From: an uncultured delta proteobacterium
GTDB taxonomy: Bacteria > Myxococcota_A > Polyangia > Polyangiales > Polyangiaceae
Reading direction: 5' to 3'
NCBI GenBank assembly: GCA_963716725.1
Contig: CAVQUB010000033.1
Span: 76,665-140,664, forward strand
DNA length: 64,000 nucleotides
Shown one piece after another: positions 49,781 through 58,175 of this stretch. Under the pieces are notes generated by a model, which saw nothing but the letters and a program-made list of their open reading frames with translations, had not been told where the DNA came from and searched no databases. How positions within the stretch are numbered: the stretch's first letter is position 1; every line of letters starts with the position of its first letter. A program made the translations under genes and the position numbers.

Positions 49781-50115
49781 GCCAGTCGCCCTCGATCACG
49801 GAGCAGCGCCAAGAAGCCCCGCGCCGCTGCCTCGAGCGGCTCGCGATCGGGGATGTCGGCCTCGTCGATCAAGAAGATGAACAGCTCTTCGGCCTGCATC
49901 CGGGTCTCGAGCTCGTCGATCACCGCCGGGGTGAACTCGGCGCGATCGCCGGCTTCGGTCGTGATGAACTCAAAGCCAATGCGCGCCTTCGGATCGAAGC
50001 CGTCGAGGGAGACCGTCACGCCGCCTTCGCTGAAGGCGTAGTCGCGCTCGATCTCGAGCCCGGCCGATTTGAAGACCGCCGCGAGGATCTCGGAACCGTC
50101 GTGTTCGTTCAGCAT
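49777..50115 (-). CDS. Small acidic hypothetical protein, possibly restriction-endonuclease-like (PD-(D/E)XK/DUF559-type) fold
   Basis: 112-aa ORF with SLDGFDPKARIGFEF; first gene of the operon, preceded by TATCCT 9 nt before the ATG. Confidence 0.65.
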   Translation of the reverse strand: MLNEHDGSEILAAVFKSAGLEIERDYAFSEGGVTVSLDGFDPKARIGFEFITTEAGDRAEFTPAVIDELETRMQAEELFIFLIDEADIPDREPLEAAARGFLALLRDRGRLA

Positions 50116-50128
50116 GAGGGCACGAGGA

Positions 50129-50177
50129 TACTCAAATCACGACGACTTTGGGCTCGCGCGCGAGTTCGTGGCACAAC
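50129..50177 (+). repeat. Degenerate direct repeat B, copy 1
   Basis: tactcaaatcacgacgactttgggctcgcgcgcgagttcgtggcacaac; 41/49 identical, ungapped, to 52891-52939. Confidence 0.88.
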
Positions 50178-50258
50178 TTTGGCTTTGCTCGCGACCCGCC
50201 GGGCTGCGCCCCCGAGTCGATCGGGGGCGGCGCCGCTGGCCATGCGCCGAGCTCGCGA

Positions 50259-51068
50259 TCAGCCAGAGCAGATTTTGGCCGTCGCCCCGTTGGTCGCCGT
50301 GGCGGACTGGCAACTCGTACCTGGATACGCCGCGCAAGTGAGCGCGGAATTGCATCCCGGGAAACAGGTGTTGAAGCCGGCCGCGGTCTTCATGCACCAG
50401 TTCAAGCCGCCGGCCGAGTTGAGGCCACAGTCCAGGTTGTGGCTGCACGTCTGCGTGCACCAGGTGCCGTTGCACTTGCCTTCGCCGCAGTCCGAGTCCG
50501 AGTCGCAGGGATCGCCGATCCCGCCAGGTGCTGCGCAGGCGGAAGCGGGCCCGCAGGCTCTCTTGCCGTTGTCCAGTTCAGCGCAACAACCGCTGTTGCA
50601 TTCGGAGTCGCTGGTGCAGGAATCCGCGCACATGCTGCCAGTCGAATAGTTGACGCAGAAGCCGCTGCCTTGCTGGAAGTTGCAGCACTCGCTGTTTGTG
50701 GTGCAGCTCTTGCTCGTCGGCGTGCACGACGGCGCTCCGCCACTCGACGGCGCTCCGCCACTCGACGGCGCTCCGCCACTCGACGGCGCTCCGCCACTCG
50801 ACGGCCCTCCGCCACTCGACGGCCCTCCGCCGAACGAGGGCTTTCCGCCGGTTCCGCTGCTCGCGCAGGAACACGGCGAGAACCCGTCCCCCTGCGGGTT
50901 GCAGGTTTGCCAGCCATTGCAGCCGCTCGGCCCCACGCACGCCTTGGTCTCGTTCGGGACGCAGTGCTCGCCCTCACCTCCGCCGCCCCCGCTGCCGGAC
51001 GAGCATCCAGCCATCGCCGCGAGAAGTCCGAACATCAATCCCAGTTTCCCAACGAATGCAGTTGTCAT
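50259..51068 (-). CDS. Cys-rich lipoprotein with an SSGG(A/G)P repeat linker
   Basis: Lipobox MAGC, many C..xxxDC..xxC modules; start could also be 51083. Confidence 0.8.
   Translation of the reverse strand: MTTAFVGKLGLMFGLLAAMAGCSSGSGGGGGEGEHCVPNETKACVGPSGCNGWQTCNPQGDGFSPCSCASSGTGGKPSFGGGPSSGGGPSSGGAPSSGGAPSSGGAPSSGGAPSCTPTSKSCTTNSECCNFQQGSGFCVNYSTGSMCADSCTSDSECNSGCCAELDNGKRACGPASACAAPGGIGDPCDSDSDCGEGKCNGTWCTQTCSHNLDCGLNSAGGLNWCMKTAAGFNTCFPGCNSALTCAAYPGTSCQSATATNGATAKICSG
50728..50835. repeat. 18-bp coding tandem repeat, about 6 copies (gacggc[g/c]ctccgccactc)
   Basis: Visible tandem array encoding SSGGAP/SSGGGP on the minus strand. Confidence 0.92.
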
Positions 51069-51339
51069 CGACGATTCCTCCATACGGTTTCGCGCGCCTC
51101 AGGGCGGCGCACCGGCTGTTGCACCCCGCGTACCAACACGCGGCATCCAAAATGCCCGGAAAAACCCTGGGGAATTCGTGCCTGAACGGTATCTGAACGG
51201 TTCGCTTGGGCGCGCGCGGAGCCGGCGCCAGATGCCCGGTGCCACTCGGGTTCATGCTACGTTCACGACGCGACGACGCGACGGCGCCGCACCGGGGATC
51301 AAGTTGACCGTGGGCAACAAGGAACGCGAAGGTTCGACG

Positions 51340-52887
51340 TTGAACCAAGCCACCCTCGATCCGCTCAGCCTTGCGGGGACGAAGTCCGATTCGCGGGAAG
51401 CGGTGCTGACGGTCGTCTCCCACGCTGACCTCTCGCGCGTCGGCGAGCGAGTCGTACTGACAGGGCTTCTCGGCCGCGCAGCGTGGCAGTTGTCGCGAGT
51501 CGAACCCGAGTTCCGCGCTGACGATGGTCGTCTCGGGCCGCTGAGCGATCCTCACCTGAGCCGCGATGCCATCCGGTTCTCCGTCGATCCCGCGGGCGTT
51601 CGGATTGATTGCCGTTCGACTTCCATGTCGGTCGCCGTGGACGGCGAGCGCGTCCCTGCGATGTTCTGGGTTGGGCTCGAGCGGCTCGAGCGCGGGGTTC
51701 CCATCGAGCTCGCCGGGCGCGTCGTGCTGCTCCTCCACACGACTCAGTTCGTTCAGCGCCCGGCAAACGCTCACCCGCGCATCATCGGAGCCTCTGGCGC
51801 CATTTCGCTGCTCATCGCGGACATCGAAGCTGCTGCCTCACACCTTTCGCCGGTGCTCCTGCGTGGCGAGAGCGGTAGCGGAAAGGAGCTCGTGGCCCGC
51901 GCCATCCACGATGCCAGCCGGCGCGCCTCGGGTCCGTACGTGTCGGTGAACATGGCCGCGATTCCGTCCAGTACGGCGGCCGCAGAGCTGTTCGGCTACA
52001 AGAAGGGTGCATTCACCGGCGCCACCGACTCCCACGGCGGATGGTTCGGCCGAGCGGAGGGCGGGACGTTGTTCCTGGACGAAATTGCCGAGGCTCCCGA
52101 GGAAATTCAGCCGATGCTCCTCCGTGTTCTCGAAAGTGGAGAAGCGCAGCCGGTGGGGGGGCAGGGGGCAAGGAGGGTCGACGTGCGCGTCGTGGCGGCC
52201 ACAGATGCTGATCTGACCGCACAAGCCAGCGCGGGCCGGTTTCGTTTTCCGCTCCTCCAGCGCCTCGGCGGTCACGTGGTACCCGTGCCCCCGCTCCGTG
52301 AGCGCCTCAGCGATCTCGGCGTGCTCCTTGTCCACTTTCTGCGGCGCGAGGCGGCTGCGCTTGGACAGAGCGTTCCGGGGCCGAGCGCAGCGCGTCACCC
52401 TTGGCTGCCCACAGATGTGGTGTTGAGAGCCTTGGCTTACGATTGGCCCGGCAACGTTCGCGAGTTGCTCAACTTCGCCCGGGAGCTCGTGCTCACGAAT
52501 CGAGATCAGCCGACGCTGAGCGTCGGCCGCACCTTCGACGTTTTGCTGCCGCGCCCCGCCGCGCCCCGCGCAGCTCGGCCGGATGTCGCCCCACAGCCGC
52601 ACCCACTCGGCGAAAGGCACCCGATCACCGACGACGTGCTGGTCACCACCTTGCGCGCGAATCGCTGGCAGGTGGGTGCCACCGCGCGCGCCTTGGGAAT
52701 AGCCAAGAACACGCTCTACCAGCTGATGGAGCGCTGCGAGGGACTGCGCAAAGCTCGGGACTTGTCCCAGAGCGAGATCGAGAGCTGCAGTGCGGCCTGC
52801 GCTGGCGACACCACGGCCATGGCGGCGCGTCTCGAGGTGTCGGAGCGTGGCCTCAAGTTGCGCATGCACGATTTCGGAATCGACTGA
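51340..52887 (+). CDS. Sigma-54-dependent enhancer-binding protein with an FHA-like N-terminus (start approximate, 51304-51340)
   Basis: DPHLSR (FHA-like), GESGSGKE, ELFGYKKGAFTGA, GGTLFLDEI, WPGNVREL, C-terminal HTH ATARALGIAKNTLY. Confidence 0.9.
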   Translation: MNQATLDPLSLAGTKSDSREAVLTVVSHADLSRVGERVVLTGLLGRAAWQLSRVEPEFRADDGRLGPLSDPHLSRDAIRFSVDPAGVRIDCRSTSMSVAVDGERVPAMFWVGLERLERGVPIELAGRVVLLLHTTQFVQRPANAHPRIIGASGAISLLIADIEAAASHLSPVLLRGESGSGKELVARAIHDASRRASGPYVSVNMAAIPSSTAAAELFGYKKGAFTGATDSHGGWFGRAEGGTLFLDEIAEAPEEIQPMLLRVLESGEAQPVGGQGARRVDVRVVAATDADLTAQASAGRFRFPLLQRLGGHVVPVPPLRERLSDLGVLLVHFLRREAAALGQSVPGPSAARHPWLPTDVVLRALAYDWPGNVRELLNFARELVLTNRDQPTLSVGRTFDVLLPRPAAPRAARPDVAPQPHPLGERHPITDDVLVTTLRANRWQVGATARALGIAKNTLYQLMERCEGLRKARDLSQSEIESCSAACAGDTTAMAARLEVSERGLKLRMHDFGID

Positions 52888-52890
52888 GGC

Positions 52891-52939
52891 TACTCAGATC
52901 ACGACAACTTTGGGCCCGAACCCCGGTTCGTGGCACAAC
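52891..52939 (+). repeat. Degenerate direct repeat B, copy 2
   Basis: tactcagatcacgacaactttgggcccgaaccccggttcgtggcacaac; ends 7 nt before the ATG at 52947. Confidence 0.88.
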
Positions 52940-52946
52940 CCCCAGG

Positions 52947-53855
52947 ATGTCCGGCTCGAGGAGCGCGATCGCACTGCTGGCAGCGGTGGTCGGCTGTCAG
53001 CCGGCCCGCGCCGACGATCCGACGCCAGCCGCACCGCCGTCCACGCCACCCGCGACGAGCGCCTCCGCGGTCATGGCCCCGGCGCCGCCCGCGCCCATCG
53101 CGAGCGTTGCGCCTCCGACTCCTGCGCCCGGACCTTGTCCCGGCGAGATGCTCCGCGTTGGCAAGATCTGCGTGGACAAGTGGGAGGCGCACCTGGTCGT
53201 GCCCGGCGCGCCCGATCGCGTGCACCCGCACAACCAACGCCCCGAGGTCGGTGTCACCTACGCGGCGCGCTCCGCCAACGGCGTCTTCCCCCAGGCCTAC
53301 ATCAACCGGATCGAGTCCCGCGCGGCCTGCGAGGCCGCGGGCAAGCGCCTGTGCACCCTGGGCGAGTGGTACCGGGCGTGCCGCGGCGCCAAGGGATCGA
53401 CCTGGCCCTACGCCTGGCACGAGAAGCGAGGCGCGTGCAACGTGCGCAAGGAGCATCTCTTGGGCAGGCTCTTCGGCAATGATCCGCGTCGCTGGGACTA
53501 CTTCAAACACTTCAACGCGCCCGAGCTGAACACCACCCCGGGCGGGCTCGCCAAGACCGGCGAGCACGCTGAGTGCACCAACCCCGCCGGCACCTTCGAC
53601 ATGGTGGGCAACGTGCACGAGTGGGTCAGCGACGTGGTGGACAAGTCCCTCGAACAGAAGCTGCCGCTGCGCGATGACCTCCGGGGACGCATCGACGCCA
53701 ACACCGGCCACGGCATCTTCATGGGCGGCTTCTACTCGACCGGCGACGAACACGGCGAGGGCTGCGCCTTCGTGACCATCGGCCACGAGCCCAAGTACCA
53801 CGACTACTCGACGGGTTTTCGCTGCTGCAAAGCTGTCACTTCAGCATCGGAATGA
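52947..53855 (+). CDS. FGE-sulfatase (SUMF1-like) domain lipoprotein
   Basis: Lipobox VVGC, CVDKWE, GKRLCTLGEWYRAC, FDMVGNVHEW, GGFY, TGFRCC. Confidence 0.85.
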   Translation: MSGSRSAIALLAAVVGCQPARADDPTPAAPPSTPPATSASAVMAPAPPAPIASVAPPTPAPGPCPGEMLRVGKICVDKWEAHLVVPGAPDRVHPHNQRPEVGVTYAARSANGVFPQAYINRIESRAACEAAGKRLCTLGEWYRACRGAKGSTWPYAWHEKRGACNVRKEHLLGRLFGNDPRRWDYFKHFNAPELNTTPGGLAKTGEHAECTNPAGTFDMVGNVHEWVSDVVDKSLEQKLPLRDDLRGRIDANTGHGIFMGGFYSTGDEHGEGCAFVTIGHEPKYHDYSTGFRCCKAVTSASE

Positions 53856-54330
53856 GGCCGCCCAGCCCGCGGATGCCGGCCTGCACCGCCTGCGCCTGAG
53901 TGATCTCGCCCTTGACCGTGAAGGGCACGTCGAAGTTGAGCTTCGCGCTGCCCATCTTTGCCGTGCCGTCGAAGGTGTAGGGCACGGGCTTGCCGCTGGC
54001 GGCGAGGGGAGCGAGCGCACCGAGCTGGGTCCACGGCACGCTGAGCGCGGCGGGCAGACGCGTGGTGGCGCGGGCTGGCACGCTGCCCTTGGGCTCCGAT
54101 CGCGCGCGGCCGACCTCGACCCCGGCGCCGAGCTTCAGCGTTCCGTTGACCTCTTGCACGATCAGGGGGAACGCATTCTTGTTTTCGACATCGAGCTCGA
54201 GCGCGAGCTCCACGCCGAGCGGCGTCACCGAGGTCACGCGCGCCGCGTGAGGCGTGATCTTGGGTGGCTCGGGCTTCGAACACGCGCCGATGCAGAGCGC
54301 GGTGGCGATGGCGAACAGGTGGGGGCGCAT
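53836..54330 (-). CDS. LEA type 2 / WHy domain lipoprotein
   Basis: Lipobox IGAC, LDVENKNAFPL (NPN-like motif), beta-rich pattern. Confidence 0.78.
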   Translation of the reverse strand: MRPHLFAIATALCIGACSKPEPPKITPHAARVTSVTPLGVELALELDVENKNAFPLIVQEVNGTLKLGAGVEVGRARSEPKGSVPARATTRLPAALSVPWTQLGALAPLAASGKPVPYTFDGTAKMGSAKLNFDVPFTVKGEITQAQAVQAGIRGLGGLIPMLK

Positions 54331-54627
54331 CCGGTGGGTATACATCAACGCGGTCGGTCCATCCGGCACGGGGGCTGAGGGGGAACGCCCAGCACCACCC
54401 AGAGCCGCAGGTTCCAGGCCATCGCGCTGCTGAGTGCCCTTGCGGACCGCGAAGCCAGCATCCTCGAGCCGTCCGATGCCAGACCGCTCCTTTGCGCTCC
54501 AGCTGGCTGAGCGCCCCACGCTTGGCTCCGTCGGATCGATGGGCAGTGGCGATCGCCACTGGCGAAAGGCCTTCGCCACGGCCAGTGACGGCCCCAGGTG
54601 CCGAGATCACACCCAAGCTTCGGGGGC

Positions 54628-55773
54628 ATGCGGCTTGCACACCCGCGGCTCGTGTCCCGCAAACTCAGCCTGCTCACCTTCGCTCTCATCGCCTGCTCCG
54701 GCGAGCCCCCTACCGCCGTGGCGCCAATCTCCCCGGACGCGCTCGATGGCGGCGTTAGCGCAACGCCCTCGCGGGTCGACGCGTGCGTGAGGCCAGCCGA
54801 GCCACTGCCCGCCGTCGGTTTCGCCCGCCACGCGTCGGGTGATCTCGTCGCGTTCGAGCCCGCGACGGGACGCGAGCTCGCGCGCCACCCGTTCGGCTCC
54901 GAGATCCTCGATCTCGATTGGGACGCGCGGACCCGACGCCTGCTGGTCACCACCACCGAGGCGTTCGACGTCGAGGGTAGCCGCGTTCACGCGCTGTCGC
55001 TCGACGTCGCCCAGTTCACTCACGAAGCGAGCTCGGAGGTGTTCCCCGGGGAGGTACGCGCCGTCGCGACCCCCACGCGAGTCTTGGTCGTCGGCGTGGA
55101 GCTCGGCAGCACCTGGTACGAGCTCGACGACGAGCTGTCCGTGGTCGGCAAGAGCGGGGACCTGCCCCAGCCGGTGCTCCTGGCAGAGCCGGACGCGGTC
55201 TCGTTGCTGGCGCTCCGGCGCGAAGATCACGCCGATCTCGTCTACCGCGTGAGTGGCTTCGGCGCAGGCTGGACCAGCGTCGAGCTCGCGCTGCCGCGGC
55301 CCTCGCCCGAGCGCGGCGTCGTGATCGCCGTAGCCGGCGCGCACGCTTGGCTCCTGAAGCGCGGGAGCTCACCCGAGGCCTTCGAGGTCGCGGATCTGGA
55401 GACAGCTGGCCTTCCCTCTTCCAGCCCCCCGAGCTTCCGACCGGTGCCAGGGCGCTGCGGACTGGGTGCGCCGCACTCCCTGGTCGCAGGCGCGTCGGGA
55501 TGTGCACTGGTCACCGTCACCGGCCCGGCGCTCGACCGGCTCGCCGTCATCCCGACCACACACGCTGGGACCATGCGCTGCGCGACGCTGGGTGCGCCGC
55601 TCGCTCGCGCAGACGTCTGGGTGCCGCGCAACCTGCGCGTCGATCCCGGCGGACGGCGGGCCTGGGTCGCCACCGCGGGCGGGGTGGAGTCGTTCGCGCT
55701 CGATCTCTCCGCAGAGAAGCTCTCGAGCTTCGACGGCGCCGAGCTCCGCGCGCCGCTGGCGCTCGCGCGCTAG
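54628..55773 (+). CDS. Hypothetical lipoprotein, probably a beta-propeller
   Basis: Lipobox LIAC, propeller-like strands (LDWDARTRRLLVT, VDPGGRRAWVAT). Confidence 0.65.
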   Translation: MRLAHPRLVSRKLSLLTFALIACSGEPPTAVAPISPDALDGGVSATPSRVDACVRPAEPLPAVGFARHASGDLVAFEPATGRELARHPFGSEILDLDWDARTRRLLVTTTEAFDVEGSRVHALSLDVAQFTHEASSEVFPGEVRAVATPTRVLVVGVELGSTWYELDDELSVVGKSGDLPQPVLLAEPDAVSLLALRREDHADLVYRVSGFGAGWTSVELALPRPSPERGVVIAVAGAHAWLLKRGSSPEAFEVADLETAGLPSSSPPSFRPVPGRCGLGAPHSLVAGASGCALVTVTGPALDRLAVIPTTHAGTMRCATLGAPLARADVWVPRNLRVDPGGRRAWVATAGGVESFALDLSAEKLSSFDGAELRAPLALAR

Positions 55774-57725
55774 TTACACTTCACGACCGGTGCGAGCGGC
55801 GAGAAGCCCTTGGTCTTCTTCGGAGAGCAGGCGTTCACGCTCAGGCAGCTGACCTTCGTGGTCGTGGTCTGGAAACAGGCCTGCCCTGCGGTGCACGCCG
55901 GGGTGCAGGCGCTCGCCGCAACCTGTGGTACCGCGGTGCGCTTGAAGCACCCCTGGCTCGCGCTGCAAGCAGGTGTGCAGCTACCGGCCGGCAGCTCGGC
56001 GAGATTGTCGAGGTCCAGGAGCGCGCCGTCGAGCGCGGTCTTGATCTGAGCGAAGGTCTGGTTCAGCTTGGCGGCGCTGCTGGGCTCCGCCACGCACAGG
56101 AATTTCCCGCGGCCGCAGATGTCGATGTTCTCGCACCCCGGGCTGGCTGGGCCCGCCGCCTTGAGCTGGTCGTCACCGAACAGCGGCACGCCTCCCACCA
56201 TCACCAGGCGGACGTCCTTGGGGCGCGCGGCCACGATGGCGTCGTAGGGCTTCGTGACGTCTCCGCCCACGACGAACAGGTCCGCCTTCAGGTTCACGGC
56301 GATGCTGCCGAGGGTGCTGCTCAAGCCCAGCGCAGCCGCGCCGTTCTTGGTGGCCATCTGCACGATCTGCTTGGTGGTGATCTTGTCGCCCCAGCGCGAA
56401 TTATCCCAGTTGTCGGCGAACCGAAGCTCGTCGAGCATGTTCTGACTGCCTCCCATCGACCAGTCAGGGCCCATCGCTACTGTGACGCCTGCGGCCAGCG
56501 CGGCCGGGATGTCCGTGGTCTTGCCGTAGAGCGCAACGTTGGAGGCGGGCGACCAGGTGAGCTTCATGCCAGCCGTTGCCATGGTCTGGAACTGCGTGGC
56601 GGCGAACGCGGTGCCGTGGGTGATGGTGGTCTTCGGCGCGAGCAGGCAGCCGTCCGGAGTGGTGACCGTGTTCAGCGTCGAGAACTCGCCCAAGGCGACG
56701 CTGTCGACCCCCTCCCCGACGTGGATCAGGTACGCATCCGTGGCGCCGCTGGTGAAGTTGTTGCAGACGCCGTCGGCGCTGCTGGCAGACGGCGGGAAAA
56801 TCGCGCTCGTCTGGATCTTGTCGCCCGGGAGGTCGTTCTGCGTGACATCGATGGACCGGGACAGAGACGCGTAACAGGCGCTCGAAGTCCCGGGCAATCC
56901 CACGATCGACGTCGTCCCGGCGACCATGCCCTTGAGCTCTCCCCACTTGTCCAGCTCGCAGTCGAGGGTGCCGGTACCGTCGTAGGTTTGAGGGCACCAG
57001 ATGGGCTTGCCTTGTGATGCGTCCTCCAGACATTGCTTGTAGTCGAGCATCAGGCCGTACTCGGACTCGGCGGTCCACTGGGTGTGGTTCTTGTAGCGGC
57101 AGACGTTGTCGACGCAGTCGCACTTCCCCCCGGAGCAGTAGCCGGTGACACAGTTGGCCGCGCTGGCGCAGGTCGGCGGGAGCTGCGGCACCCAGTCGTC
57201 GTTGTCGAAGATGTCGAACAAGATGTGGTTGTGCGTATCGATGAGGCCCGGTGCGATGATGCCGTTGGTGTTGATGACCGTGGCCCCGGTCGCGCCGCTC
57301 TGGCCCGCGCACGTCGTGCCCGGCGCAGCGCACGTGATCGTGTCGCTCTCGACGAGCACCTGGCCGTCGTAGCTCGTGTCAGGGGTGACCACCGTTCCGA
57401 TCAAGAGGAAGCGGTTTGTCGCGCCGGGAACGATCGTGGCGTTACCTCCGACGTTGCCGCTGCCGCCGATACCACCGCCGCCGGTGCCACCGCCGCCGCT
57501 CGGAGTGCCGCCGCCGCCGCCCGCTCCCGCCACGAGGCCCCCGGCACCGGCGAGACCGGCCGTTCCGCCGCTACCTCCGGCACCACCCCCACCCGTATTG
57601 CCAACGTTGCCGAAGTTGCCGGAGCCACCGAGGCCGCCGCCGCCGGGCGCCGAGCCATCGCCGCCACAGCTCGGCAGAACGGCGAACCCGACGACGGTGA
57701 GCGCAAAGAAGACGACTGGACGCAT
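55770..57725 (-). CDS. Amidohydrolase-superfamily lipoprotein with a Gly-rich linker and Cys-rich inserts
   Basis: Lipobox LPSC, PGLIDTHNH, IHVGEG, ITHG, WSPASN, MGPDW, GSIAVNLKADL. Confidence 0.85.
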   Translation of the reverse strand: MRPVVFFALTVVGFAVLPSCGGDGSAPGGGGLGGSGNFGNVGNTGGGGAGGSGGTAGLAGAGGLVAGAGGGGGTPSGGGGTGGGGIGGSGNVGGNATIVPGATNRFLLIGTVVTPDTSYDGQVLVESDTITCAAPGTTCAGQSGATGATVINTNGIIAPGLIDTHNHILFDIFDNDDWVPQLPPTCASAANCVTGYCSGGKCDCVDNVCRYKNHTQWTAESEYGLMLDYKQCLEDASQGKPIWCPQTYDGTGTLDCELDKWGELKGMVAGTTSIVGLPGTSSACYASLSRSIDVTQNDLPGDKIQTSAIFPPSASSADGVCNNFTSGATDAYLIHVGEGVDSVALGEFSTLNTVTTPDGCLLAPKTTITHGTAFAATQFQTMATAGMKLTWSPASNVALYGKTTDIPAALAAGVTVAMGPDWSMGGSQNMLDELRFADNWDNSRWGDKITTKQIVQMATKNGAAALGLSSTLGSIAVNLKADLFVVGGDVTKPYDAIVAARPKDVRLVMVGGVPLFGDDQLKAAGPASPGCENIDICGRGKFLCVAEPSSAAKLNQTFAQIKTALDGALLDLDNLAELPAGSCTPACSASQGCFKRTAVPQVAASACTPACTAGQACFQTTTTKVSCLSVNACSPKKTKGFSPLAPVVKCN

Positions 57726-57899
57726 AGCCTGATGGAAGCTCGTCTGGCGAGCGGAGGCAAGCCGGCTAGCTACGTTCCCACTCTTGATCGGAAGTCGGTG
57801 AGCCGAGCGCAGGCTTTGCCGGGCAGTGAGAGAGTCTGGGGCAAAGGCGGGGGCGAGGACGGGGGGAGGTGACGCCACACCGTCCTCACGCTCTCCCCG

Positions 57900-58175
57900 C
57901 AGCCTGCAGCGCCTTGTCGAGCTCGGCGAGCACCAGCGTGCTCGGAGTACCCGAGCCGCTCCGTGCAGTACGCGAACATCGAGGTGCAGGCCTCGCCAAG
58001 ATTGAGCCGCCGCCGCTCGACCTCGCCCAGACAGGCAATGACCTCGGCGATGGCTCGGCGCTCGTCGCGACGAACCTCCGGCAAGCGCGCGATGAGCTCG
58101 GCATCGGTGAGAGCAGCGAGGCGAGGGCGAGGGCGAGGGCGAGGGCGAGGGCGAGGGCGAGGGCGAGGCGTGCAT
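57900..58175 (-). pseudogene. Truncated N-terminal remnant of a DUF222/HNH-endonuclease-type gene
   Basis: LTDAELIARL...EVIACLGEVERRRL...ACTSMFAYCTERLGYSE resembles the N-terminus of myxobacterial DUF222-HNH proteins; out of frame with the nearest ATG (58175), and similarity stops after YSE. Confidence 0.65.
58121..58168. repeat. Hexanucleotide microsatellite (gcgagg)x8
   Basis: Eight perfect tandem copies. Confidence 0.95.

Noticed and set aside
43708..50115. RiPP cluster or prokaryotic viperin assignment for the radical SAM operon
   Set aside because: No short precursor ORF, RRE/PqqD domain or peptide transporter seen; the rSAMs carry Cys-rich Twitch/SPASM tails unlike viperins
50170..50186. 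Sigma-54 promoter (TGGCAC-N5-TGGC)
   Set aside because: The -12 element deviates from TTGC and no plus-strand gene follows; the second copy at 52931 lacks a -12 element altogether
50728..50835. CRISPR-like array
   Set aside because: Contiguous 18-bp tandem units with no spacers, in frame within a lipoprotein linker; no cas genes
16671..53855. Diversity-generating retroelement targeting the two FGE-type C-type-lectin-fold proteins
   Set aside because: No reverse transcriptase in the window, and no second copy of either C-terminal region differing at adenines (no TR/VR pair seen); a remote DGR cannot be excluded
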